Virus record (IMG/VR): IMGVR_UViG_3300014893_000043
Source: a virus
Taxonomy: Duplodnaviria > Heunggongvirae > Uroviricota > Caudoviricetes
Length of the DNA stretch: 8,799 bases
Direction: 5' to 3' (one strand)
Part shown: piece by piece, positions 1 to 7,597 of the stretch
How positions within the stretch are numbered: the stretch's first letter is position 1
Layout: every line of letters begins with the position of its first letter
Notes under the pieces: model-generated
The model's input: the letters and a program-made list of their open reading frames with translations, nothing else
Told to the model about the DNA's origin: nothing
The model's database searches: none
Translations under genes and position numbers: made by a program

Positions 1-761
1 AGTTTATCGGTTAGATGCAGTTCATCAATAATAAATAGCGGCATATTTATCATGTAGAGATTATTCGCCGCCCACATCATTGAACAGACCACAAAAAGTA
101 GCCGCGTATCCCGCTTCCTGTGGGTGGAGGGTAAAATTTCTATGGGTTGGGTAACGACAGGAATATTTCTTTGTATTGATGGCAAAAACAACCAGACTAT
201 CAGTCCGCAAACAACAAATGCGATGGCAGCGGTGAGATACATCACTTTAAAACTAAATCCCATTGCCAGTTCATAAGCGAGCGGTGGCCCGATAACCCAG
301 GCAAGCGAGATCTGAGCACGTAAAAATGTACTGAACATGACCGTCTCACGGCCTGTTCTGTCGGCGTGTTCACGGGCGAGGGCGAACATTTGCGGGTTTG
401 CAGTGGAAGCAAAACTACTCAGAAGTACGCCCGTTGAGAGGAGAATGAAGTAGTTGCGATTCCACGCAAAAAGCGTGCAGGCCAGCACTCCAAATAAGCA
501 ACATAGCAGGATCAGTAATTTACGGTCGCCTTGTTTATCGGAGTGTCTTGCCAGAAATTGACTGACAAGAATTCCCATAATAGCGCTACCGGTGAAGAAA
601 AAACCTACCATTATAGGACGGGCTTTCAGTTCATCTGCGAGGAATATACTTAGGGTAGGAGTCTGGAGAGCGCCCGCAATACCCGTCAGAAAGGCGACAA
701 GTAAAAATGCCGCGGCAGTGAGATCAAGTATTTTTGATGGAGTGGTAGCCGTTTTTTGCAT
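1..761 (-). CDS. setC: Sugar efflux MFS transporter, Set family (likely SetC), N-terminal part; gene continues past the window start
   Basis: Minus-strand ORF, ATG at 761..759, open to position 1. Translation begins MQKTATTPSKILDLTAAAFLLVAFLTGIAGALQTPTLS... and contains ...HSDKQGDRKLL..., ...FALAREHAD... and ...AQISLAWVIGPPLA..., closely parallel to my recollection of E. coli SetA. Adjacency to a selC 3' end copy supports setC specifically. Confidence 0.6.
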   Translation of the reverse strand, partial: MQKTATTPSKILDLTAAAFLLVAFLTGIAGALQTPTLSIFLADELKARPIMVGFFFTGSAIMGILVSQFLARHSDKQGDRKLLILLCCLFGVLACTLFAWNRNYFILLSTGVLLSSFASTANPQMFALAREHADRTGRETVMFSTFLRAQISLAWVIGPPLAYELAMGFSFKVMYLTAAIAFVVCGLIVWLFLPSIQRNIPVVTQPIEILPSTHRKRDTRLLFVVCSMMWAANNLYMINMPLFIIDELHLTDK

Positions 762-1398
762 TCTTCTGAATCACCGGGCGACAAAATATAACTGAGTTAC
801 AAATAAGTACCAGTCGAATGAGTATTGTATTAAGAATTTTTGAGTGTCGCTGATACAACCAGAAAGCAATGCTAGCGCAATATTATAGGGCCAGCAATTG
901 AGATTATTAGCAAAAGCATGTTAAGAATTAATCACCGAATTTATATATTAATTATAGTAAGGCAATGAGCTATTTTTGATAGTAAAAATAAAACAAGTTG
1001 ATTTGATATATTAAATGAAAAAATTAATCTTGATGACAGTCTGATTATTGGTGAAGTTTACAGGTCAGTTTTTTTCGCCAGCTGTTAAAGGAATAGAATC
1101 GTCGTATAAAAAAGGGTGTTATGGAGCGTGTAAAACAATATCTTCACCTTAATGGCGATACAGTTGGCTGAGAGCCAGCAGGGGGCAAATCACCTGCAAA
1201 TAAACACGGCACATGCTGGCGCGCATATCGCGGATGCGTTCGAGGACAGAAGAACCGACAGGCGGATTCTTCAGTCGCTCATCGTCCATCACAAAACTTT
1301 TGATCAGGTATTCCTGAAGCCGATTGAATATTGAGCAGATAGAAAATCTCTGGAATGACAGTATTACAAGGGGTTGGAGAATGTCAGAAGAGGCTAAT

Positions 1399-1419
1399 TG
1401 GCGGAAGATCACAGGAGTC
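1399..1419 (-). other. att core: 21-bp copy of the tRNA-Sec (selC) 3' end, prophage/chromosome junction; no complete tRNA present
   Basis: TGGCGGAAGATCACAGGAGTC is the reverse complement of the selC 3' end GACTCCTGTGATCTTCCGCCA. Flanking sequence (AT-rich 1420..1500) does not continue the tRNA, so this is the partial duplicate expected at the island end distal to the integrase. Confidence 0.6.
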
Positions 1420-1540
1420 AAAATTGCCATATAACCACTTGATTCAAATCGTTTATATTTTTCTATTCTAATTCATTTATACACATCCTTATACATATAA
1501 TATCTATCGATTAATTGTTACACGTATCTTCACGCACGTT

Positions 1541-1845
1541 AACTCAGGAAAAAAATTTTTTTTCGGAAGAACTGTTCACACTGTTCACCTTTCTGTTTTC
1601 TCCTTTTATTTCAGTTTGATAGGTGGTGAATAATGGGTGAAGGGTGAACATTCGATTCTTCACCTCCGGCATTCTGCCGATGTGACTCATACCGGTGATT
1701 AATCCTCCGCACTGAAATCACTCAGGAAGAAAAAAGTTTTTTTTGATTTGATTGTTCACACTGTTCACCTTTCGTTTTTCTCTTTTAATTTCAGTGTGAT
1801 AACGGGTGAACATACGGTGAAGGGTGAACAGTGGATTGTTCACCT
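1541..1845. repeat. crr (cis replication region): two ~125-bp direct repeats (about 1541..1667 and 1719..1845), each with alpha-binding octamer iterons TGTTCACC / GGTGAACA
   Basis: Both units read ACTCAGGAA-A/T run-TGTTCACACTGTTCACCTTTC...GGTGAA...GGTGAAGGGTGAACA...TTCACC, with a ~50-bp spacer. Position just 3' of alpha matches P4 crr. Confidence 0.75.
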
Positions 1846-1863
1846 TCGGGGGATTCAGGGATG

Positions 1864-1887
1864 AAAAAAGACCGGCAGATGCCGGTC
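1864..1887 (-). terminator. Rho-independent terminator of the leftward alpha operon
   Basis: On the minus strand, 17 nt after the alpha stop codon: 7-bp stem GACCGGC / GCCGGTC with a 4-nt loop (1870..1887), followed by a run of six T (plus-strand A at 1864..1869). Confidence 0.6.
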
Positions 1888-1903
1888 AGATGAGTCATGA
1901 GGG

Positions 1904-4236
1904 TCAGGTTGTTGCAGGGTCGTCACATTTTGGCAGCCAGTCGCCGTAGCTTTCCTCTTTCAGCGTCAGGTTGGTCTGTATCCCCTGTTTGGTATGGCGC
2001 TTCTCGTAATTCAGCCCGTATTCCTTCAGCATCACCGGCAGCCCCAGCCCGAACATTTTCAGACTGAGTACATTCCGGTAGCCGTTTGCCTCCATGTAGG
2101 CCAGATAGGCGTGATAGAGGTATTTACGGTAGTTACGCGGGATGATACTGGCGTTCCCCATATACATGCCGCTGGTCTGCGGCAGGGGTTCCAGATAGCC
2201 GATAAAATCAAACGTCGGGTCGGCATCCCGTTTGATGTTCAGTGCCTCGTCTGAGTTCTGCTGGGACTGAAGCAGTGACCGGGCGAGCATCGGGTCGCTG
2301 AACTTCTGCATCAGGTGACGCACGATGACCGCCAGCTCGCGGGTGATTTTGTCCTTAAGTTGCGGGTCGCGCTCCTGCGGGGCTATCTGTTCCGGGAAGT
2401 GAATAATCACCCGCCGGCGTGACACGCCGCCGCTGCGGTCGGTGAAGCGCATCGGGTTATTGTTCACGGCCAGAATCACCGCCGGGATGTGCGTGGAGTA
2501 CGCATCCCGGTATTTCGGGTCAACGGACACTGCATCGCCGCCGGTGATGGCCTTGAGTCCGGCTCCGTCGCCGCTCCATTTTTCCTGGTCCGGCAGGCGT
2601 ATCAGTGAGAAGCCAGTTAACGCGGCACGTTCACGCGGGGATTCCAGCGTCTCGATGGTGGCCGACGTGGCGTTATCCTCACCGGCCAGCAGGGTGGCGA
2701 TTTCGGCCATGATACTTTTGCCGCTGCCGCCGGGACCGGTCACCTCCAGAAAGAGCTGCCAGTCGTAGCGGTTTGCCAGCACCATAAACAGTGCGGCCAG
2801 AATCACGTCGCGTTTTTCCGCACGGCCACCGGCGGCACGGTCAAGCCAGCGCCAGAACGCGGGGGCGTGGGTCTCCAGCGTTTCACCGTCCACCGGCGGG
2901 GTGAAATCCACATCGCACAGGGTGCGCATCCAGTGTGACGGACTGTGCGGATGGAACGTGCCGTTCTGCGTGTCGAGCACGCCGTTACGAAAGCCAATCA
3001 GGCGGCGGGAGGGGGCTTCCTGCTGCGGAATAATCAGTTTCAGGGTGTCCACCACGGAGGCCACCTTCCCGGAGGAGAACGGCGCGCGCAGACGCTGAAA
3101 CAGCCCGGCCACATCCCGGGCAAAGTCCTGTGGCGGCAGCACCTTCCAGACACCATTTTCATAGCGGGACAGAAGCTGGCCGTTGGCATCGACCGCGAGC
3201 GCCTCGCCGTAATGCTCATAGATACGCATGGCCTTTTCGCTGGTACTCATGGCGGAAAACTCTGCTTCGCTCATGGTGTCGAACGGGCTTTCAGCCGGTG
3301 GCCGGATGGCATCGTAAATGGCCTTACGGGTGGCCTCCCCGCCGTACTGCGTGAAGGCATCATTCCAGTCACCGAAGACCGGCGGCAGGGCAACAACGCC
3401 CTCACACGCATCTGCGGCTGCGGCGGCTTTTTTCTGGCCGTCACCGCTGAGGTCACGGTCTGCGGCAAGGACAATCTGACAGGCCGGATGCTTCTGCCGG
3501 GCAAGGCTGGCCAGAGAAAGGAGGTTCACGGAAGAAAGCGCCACCATCACCGTTTCACCGGTCAGGTGATGCACGGTAAGTGCGGTCGCGTATCCCTCCG
3601 CTATCCACAGACGTTTTCCGGCCTGATTCTGTCCTTCAAGGGTGTGACAGGTGCCCCTGACCTGTCCGCCTTTCAGGGTGCGCTTACGGCCGTCAGCACT
3701 GATTAACTGAAGGTTAACCAGTTCGCCGCTGTCGTCATACAGTGGCACCACAAGGTCACCGGCACGCCAGCTCACGCCACCGGCTCTGTGTGTGCCGGTC
3801 AGCATCCGGCATTCCCGGCCGGGAAAGCCCTTGCGGGTCAGGTAGGCGTTACCGGTTCCGGGACGGGTTTTCGCCATCAGGGTTTGTGCCAGTGCGGCGG
3901 CGTTCTTCCGGGCAGCGTCTGTTTCAGCACCGGCGGCGGCCGTCACTGCCGGGTCAGCCGGGGGCAGGCTGCCGGTCACGGCAGCCACCTTTGCGGCCGC
4001 GTCGGACGGAGAGACACCAAACACCTTTCCAACCAGTTTCAGGCCGTCACCGGCACCACACTGATTGCAGTACCAGGTGCCGCGCCCCTCCCTGTCATCA
4101 AAACGGAAGCGGTCACTCCCGCCACAGACCGGACAGGGCTGATGACGGTTTTTCAGCACCTGAATCCCCAGCGCCGGGAGANNNNNNNNNNNNNNNNNNN
4201 NNNNNNNNNNNNNNNNGCGGTTACGTTCATTTTCAT
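1904..4236 (-). CDS. alpha: P4 alpha: bifunctional DNA primase/helicase with origin-binding domain; interrupted by N-run 4182..4216
   Basis: 751-codon ORF 1904..4159 continues in frame to the N-run. Beyond the gap, ATG at 4236..4234 (MKMNVTA...) is preceded by AGGAGA. Zinc motif CPVCGG...CNQCG, primase acidic motif LAADRDLSGDG, Walker A GPGGSGKS. The span is 2333 nt, so the N-run length is not frame-preserving. Confidence 0.93.
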
Positions 4237-4250
4237 GGTGTTGTTCTCCT

Positions 4251-4571
4251 TCAGTGCAGTACCGGCGCTTTTATGTGACGGGCACAGAGTTCATCCATCA
4301 CAACCAGCCCGAGAAAGGACAGCGACGGCGCGGCCTTCAGGGGGCCGGATTCCATTAAATCTTCCAGCAGGGCACAGGCTATCTGACGCCCTTTTTCCTC
4401 ACCGTGCTGGCGCAGATAAAAGCCTTCCAGCTCAGCGGCGATGGCCGCCTCCAGTGACTCAAGGGTGAGATGCGGGTAGCGGTGCTGACGTTCGCACACG
4501 GTCAGCCAGGCACAGGCGACAGCGCGACGGTAAAGGGCAGCACGTAAGACGGGCGGTAAGGGTGTTTTCAT
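4251..4571 (-). CDS. Hypothetical protein, 106 aa (P4 orf106-like), immediately upstream of alpha
   Basis: ATG at 4571..4569 preceded by GGAGG with a 7-nt spacer. Stop at 4251..4253 lies within the alpha RBS region, indicating translational coupling. Confidence 0.7.
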
Positions 4572-4652
4572 TTGTTTTCCTCCCTGTGACAGATGACTGC
4601 ATTCCGTGCCGGTTGCATTAACTGATAAGGCATATCTGCGTCTCCTGAAGAC

Positions 4653-4690
4653 GTGCGTATCCCTGCGCGAATACGCACATTTAATTTTTC
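4653..4690 (+). terminator. Terminator-like hairpin plus T-tract, oriented for the + strand, in the orf151-orf106 intercistronic gap
   Basis: Perfect 8-bp stem GTGCGTAT / ATACGCAC (4653..4660, 4671..4678) with a 10-nt loop, followed by ATTTAATTTTTC on the + strand. On the minus-strand mRNA it is preceded, not followed, by the U-rich run. Confidence 0.3.
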
Positions 4691-4706
4691 GGGTGTCGTT
4701 TTTTAA

Positions 4707-5162
4707 TTACAGATAATTGCGGTAACTGTTATCCGGGGTGATTTCCGGGTCAGGCTCCGTGCGGGGAATTTCCCGCCATTCCCGCGCCACCGGTGCCGCC
4801 CGGCTGACCGGAACAGGGGCCTGCGGGTAAATATCCAGATATTTCTCCCGCCATTTCTGTAATTCCGGGTCTCCGGCCATTTCTTTCAGTACCGCATGCC
4901 GGTTTACGGGGCTGCGTTTAAACAGGTCAGGACGGTCACAGGTAAATTCCCGCAGAAAACGCCCCAGCGGGATGTCTGTGGTGCGCCCGTCAGCGAGGAT
5001 ACGCACAAGGATACTGAATTTACGGCGGTACGGATTCCAGACAATGTCCGGGCAGCGGTACGGCATTTCCCACGGAATACCGTCTTCCAGAATGCCGACC
5101 ACGGCCACATCGGGAAAACCGGCAGAACGGTAAATCTCACCGGGCTGGGGAAAATCAAACAT
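4707..5162 (-). CDS. Hypothetical protein, 151 aa (P4 orf151-like)
   Basis: Minus-strand ORF with typical enteric codon usage, in operon order with its neighbours; its ATG overlaps the stop of the upstream 95-codon ORF (8-nt overlap 5155..5162). Confidence 0.7.
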   Translation of the reverse strand: MFDFPQPGEIYRSAGFPDVAVVGILEDGIPWEMPYRCPDIVWNPYRRKFSILVRILADGRTTDIPLGRFLREFTCDRPDLFKRSPVNRHAVLKEMAGDPELQKWREKYLDIYPQAPVPVSRAAPVAREWREIPRTEPDPEITPDNSYRNYL

Positions 5163-5442
5163 GCGTCCTGTCTCCCCGGTCTTTCTGCTGGGCGAGAAAA
5201 TCGCGGCACAGGCCTTTGGCTTTCAGCTCATTCAGCACAAAATCAATATCTTCATTCAGGTAACTGAAAATATGCGGAATGTAGAGCTGATGCAGGCCGG
5301 AGAGTTCACGGTGAATCAAATCATCCCCAACAAACTGGGATACGGCGCTGGCGCGGTTGAGCTTATGGTAAGCCTCAATGCTGAGGTGTTCACGGGCGTC
5401 ATGACGCGCTGAGACGGTCTGAGGGGCTTTTTTATTACGCAC
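5155..5442 (-). CDS. 95-aa protein; candidate P4 epsilon (E) antirepressor by size and position. Name is tentative
   Basis: GTG at 5442..5440 preceded by GGAGG with a 6-nt spacer. Product [32 protein letters not shown]...[11 protein letters not shown]. The 190-aa form in the ORF track extends upstream across another ORF's RBS and is not preferred. Confidence 0.5.
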   Translation of the reverse strand: MRNKKAPQTVSARHDAREHLSIEAYHKLNRASAVSQFVGDDLIHRELSGLHQLYIPHIFSYLNEDIDFVLNELKAKGLCRDFLAQQKDRGDRTHV

Positions 5443-5632
5443 GGGACACCTCCACCACCGGCAGACGGGCAGCAAGGGAGAGCACATAGTCACGGACAAG
5501 GGAACGGCGGGCACTGCGTTCATCACCGGCGACGGTGCGAAGCATACAGATACGGGGATGACGGTCTGTGCGACGGACAGCCGCAAACACAAAGACAAAT
5601 TCAGGGTGTGAGGGGGTAAGGGTTGTAGCCAT
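5435..5632 (-). CDS. 65-aa small ORF, first cistron after the leader; candidate kil-like function. Name is tentative
   Basis: ATG at 5632..5630 preceded by AGGAGG with an 8-nt spacer. Product [65 protein letters not shown]. Stop overlaps the downstream GTG start. Confidence 0.45.
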   Translation of the reverse strand: MATTLTPSHPEFVFVFAAVRRTDRHPRICMLRTVAGDERSARRSLVRDYVLSLAARLPVVEVSRA

Positions 5633-5662
5633 GATGGCAGCCTCCTGTGAATAGCAAATAAC

Positions 5663-5698
5663 GCTATCGCCGGAGTTTCCACGCTCGATGGCGATAGC
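5663..5698 (-). other. Stem-loop in the leftward leader, immediately 5' of the first ORF's RBS; candidate attenuator/terminator or part of the immunity RNA structure
   Basis: 9-bp inverted repeat GCTATCGCC (5663..5671) / GGCGATAGC (5690..5698) with an 18-nt loop. On the minus transcript it is followed by GUUAUUUGCUAUU and then the AGGAGG RBS. Confidence 0.3.
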
Positions 5699-5977
5699 CC
5701 AGACGGGGGTGGAAATACCGGCTTCACAGGATACCGGCCAGCCCGGAGGCTGCCCCGCCTGAGCTACCATTGACTCTGCGGCATAATGAGCGGACGCGGG
5801 CAGGATGCACGGAGTTCCATCTGCTCNNNNNNNNNNACGACTGACCACACACCACACCATAATCTGGCGCTCTGTGGCGTTGATTGCGACACAAAAAAAG
5901 ACGCATGGCGCGTCATATGTCGCCTGTGAATTGCTCGGGTTTCCACGCCCGGCTGCCGATTTTGCGGCAGCGGAAAA

Positions 5978-6007
5978 ACTATATCCGCAAATGCCGGAAA
6001 AAGGCAA
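5978..6007 (-). promoter_or_regulatory. Candidate sigma70 promoter for the leftward early operon (PLE-like)
   Basis: Minus strand reads TTGCCT (plus 6002..6007), an 18-nt spacer, then TATAGT (plus 5978..5983). Predicted start near 5971, about 395 bp downstream of the predicted PLL start, consistent with my recollection of roughly 400 bp PLL-PLE spacing in P4. Confidence 0.35.
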
Positions 6008-6042
6008 GCCAGAAAAAGGGAGTTTTTGCAGAGCGGGCATCA

Positions 6043-6309
6043 TCATGCGTCGTACCCCCGTTTGCGTCCGGCAATGCGCCCGGCCATCCATGCAGTGACT
6101 TCAGAGTGCAGCCAGGCCACATTTTTACCGCCAAGACTCACCTGCGGCGGAAATTCCCCCTTACGGATGAGTTCGTAGATGGTCGAGCGTGACAGGCCGC
6201 ACAGGTGCATCACTTCCGGAAGACGTAAAAAACGCTCCTGTGTGATGTCCGGCAGCGGCATCAGTGGCGTCACAGGGGCGGGAGACGGGGAAGAAAAAAC
6301 AGCTTGCAT
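6043..6309 (-). CDS. vis: Vis (orf88): AlpA-family helix-turn-helix regulator/excisionase, 88 aa
   Basis: ATG at 6309..6307 preceded by GAGGT. The protein carries an AlpA-like HTH (RFLRLPEVMHLCGLSRSTIYELIRKGEFP). Size and position (first gene leftward from the late promoter) match P4 vis. Confidence 0.8.
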   Translation of the reverse strand: MQAVFSSPSPAPVTPLMPLPDITQERFLRLPEVMHLCGLSRSTIYELIRKGEFPPQVSLGGKNVAWLHSEVTAWMAGRIAGRKRGYDA

Positions 6310-6411
6310 CGGGCTACCTCGTTAATGTCCATACAGCACCGGATAAGTCCGTCCGGCTTCGGGTAGCGCTTTATTTTGTGAATATTTTCGGCAGACGCAA
6401 CAGGGGGGATT

Positions 6412-6429
6412 TGTTCCGGCAGCCTTACA
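6412..6429 (-). promoter_or_regulatory. Delta/Ogr-type activator site TGT-N12-ACA; candidate leftward late promoter PLL
   Basis: TGTtccggcagccttACA. Placing the dyad at about -55 gives a leftward start near 6365 with a -10-like CAAAAT on the minus strand, about 55 nt upstream of the vis ATG. Confidence 0.5.
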
Positions 6430-6588
6430 ATGGCTGTGCATTTTTTGTACATCAGCACCAGATAGCTTTAAAACGCTCTGGAAGGAGCTGGAAAAAATTA
6501 TAGTGAAATACAAATTGTTTTTTCTTATTTATTTCAGTGAATTAATAAAAATAAAAAGTAATAAACAGCACAAAAAGCCCATCAACGG

Positions 6589-6692
6589 GTGAACAGTGGT
6601 GAACAGACGGTGAACAGTCATTACTGCGATTGTTCACCCTTTAACTTACTGTATTACTTATCTTTTTTCTTATTGTGAACAGAGGTGAACAG
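6589..6692. repeat. ori: iteron cluster of alpha-binding octamers in an AT-rich setting
   Basis: GTGAACAG repeated at 6589, 6599 and 6610 (10-11 bp phasing); inverted TTGTTCACC at 6630..6638; GTGAACAG / GGTGAACAG at 6675..6692. AT-rich flanks at 6510..6580 and 6640..6720. It lies about 4.8 kb from crr, matching the P4 ori-crr arrangement. Confidence 0.7.
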
Positions 6693-6772
6693 TAAAATAT
6701 AAAAAAAAACAAACAGTAAGCCGGTTTTTCCTGCGACCTTTTCCTGGCTTGCCGGTCTGAGGATGAGTCTCC

Positions 6773-6790
6773 TGTGTCAGGGCTGGCACA
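6773..6790 (+). promoter_or_regulatory. Delta/Ogr-type activator site TGT-N12-ACA; candidate rightward late promoter Psid
   Basis: TGTgtcagggctggcACA. A dyad at about -55 gives a start near 6837 with a -10-like CACAAT at 6825..6830, upstream of the sid ATG at 6863. Confidence 0.6.
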
Positions 6791-6862
6791 TCTGCAATGC
6801 GTCGTGTTGTTGTCCGGTGTACGTCACAATTTTCTTAACCTGAAGTGACGAGGAACCGGAAA

Positions 6863-7597
6863 ATGTCTGACAACACCATCCCTGAATATCTGCAACCCGC
6901 GCTGGCACAACTGGAAAAGGCCAGAGCCGCCCATCTTGAGAACGCCCGCCTGATGGATGAGACCGTCACGGCCATTGAACGGGCAGAGCAGGAAAAAAAT
7001 GCGCTGGCGCAGGCCGACGGAAACGACGCTGACGACTGGCGCACGGCCTTTCGTGCAGCCGGTGGTGTCCTGAGCGACGAGCTGAAGCAGCGCCACATTG
7101 AGCGCGTGGCACGCCGGGAGCTGGTACAGGAATATGACAATCTGGCCGTGGTGCTGAATTTTGAACGCGAACGCCTGAAAGGGGCGTGTGACAGCACGGC
7201 CACCGCCTACCGGAAGGCACATCATCACCTTCTGAGTCTGTATGCAGAGCATGAGCTGGAACACGCCCTGAATGAAACCTGTGAGGCGCTTGTCCGGGCA
7301 ATGCATCTGAGCATCCTGGTACAGGAAAATCCGCTCGCCAACACCACCGGCCATCAGGGCTACATCGCACCGGAAAAGGCTGTCATGCAGCAGGTGAAAT
7401 CATCGCTGGAACAGAAAATAAAACAGATGCAAATCAGCCTCACCGGCGAGCCGGTTCTCCGGCTGACCGGACTGTCAGCGGCAACACTTCCTCACATGGA
7501 TTATGAGGTGGCAGGCACACCGGCACAGCGCAAGGTGTGGCAGGACAAAATAGACCAGCAGGGAGCAGAGCTTAAGGCCAGAGGACTGCTGTCATGA
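6863..7597 (+). CDS. sid: Sid: external capsid size-determination scaffold protein, 244 aa
   Basis: ATG at 6863 preceded by AGGAA. Product MSDNTIPEYLQPALAQLEKARAAHLENARLMDETV... matches P4 Sid as I recall it. The ORF track's 250-aa form starts at an upstream GTG lacking a comparable RBS. Confidence 0.93.
   Translation: MSDNTIPEYLQPALAQLEKARAAHLENARLMDETVTAIERAEQEKNALAQADGNDADDWRTAFRAAGGVLSDELKQRHIERVARRELVQEYDNLAVVLNFERERLKGACDSTATAYRKAHHHLLSLYAEHELEHALNETCEALVRAMHLSILVQENPLANTTGHQGYIAPEKAVMQQVKSSLEQKIKQMQISLTGEPVLRLTGLSAATLPHMDYEVAGTPAQRKVWQDKIDQQGAELKARGLLS

Noticed and set aside
592-795. 67-aa + strand ORF
   Set aside because: It is antisense to the setC coding sequence, with no RBS and odd composition.
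1149-1430. 93-aa minus ORF and 60-aa plus ORF near the att core, as real genes
   Set aside because: The minus ORF start lies on the island side and reads across the att junction; the plus ORF is rich in rare AGA/AGG/ATA codons; neither has an RBS. The segment is kept only as an unexplained region in findings.
1541-1845. Possible CRISPR array or IS terminal repeats
   Set aside because: There are only two long (~125-bp) units with internal octamer iterons and no short regular repeat-spacer periodicity; this is the replication element crr.
2945-3706. 253-aa + strand ORF (and other + strand ORFs at 1994..2254, 2442..2768, 2901..3098, 3130..3354, 3742..4278, 3788..4468) overlapping alpha
   Set aside because: They are antisense to a strongly supported alpha CDS in GC-rich DNA, lack RBSs, have Arg/Gly/His-rich low-complexity translations, and some run through the N-gap.
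5155-5727. 190-aa version of the candidate epsilon ORF
   Set aside because: The upstream extension overlaps the 65-aa ORF and its RBS in another frame. An internal GTG at 5442 with a GGAGG RBS gives a 95-aa product with sensible composition.
5435-6091. 218-aa minus-strand ORF spanning the leader region and overlapping the vis 3' end
   Set aside because: It crosses the N-run and the predicted PLE promoter, is Cys/Trp/Arg-rich and has no RBS at its start. Only its last 65 codons (from the AGGAGG-preceded ATG at 5632) look like a gene.
6264-6513. Small ORFs on both strands in the vis-ori interval
   Set aside because: They lie in AT-rich promoter/origin DNA containing the TGT-N12-ACA site, have no RBS, and overlap the vis start.
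6824-7370. Minus-strand ORFs of 176, 122 and 134 aa antisense to sid
   Set aside because: They are antisense to a confidently identified gene and are Arg/Ser/Ala-rich artefacts of GC-rich sequence.
6845-7597. 250-aa sid ORF starting at an upstream GTG
   Set aside because: The ATG at 6863 has a better RBS and gives the known MSDNTIPEYL N-terminus of Sid.
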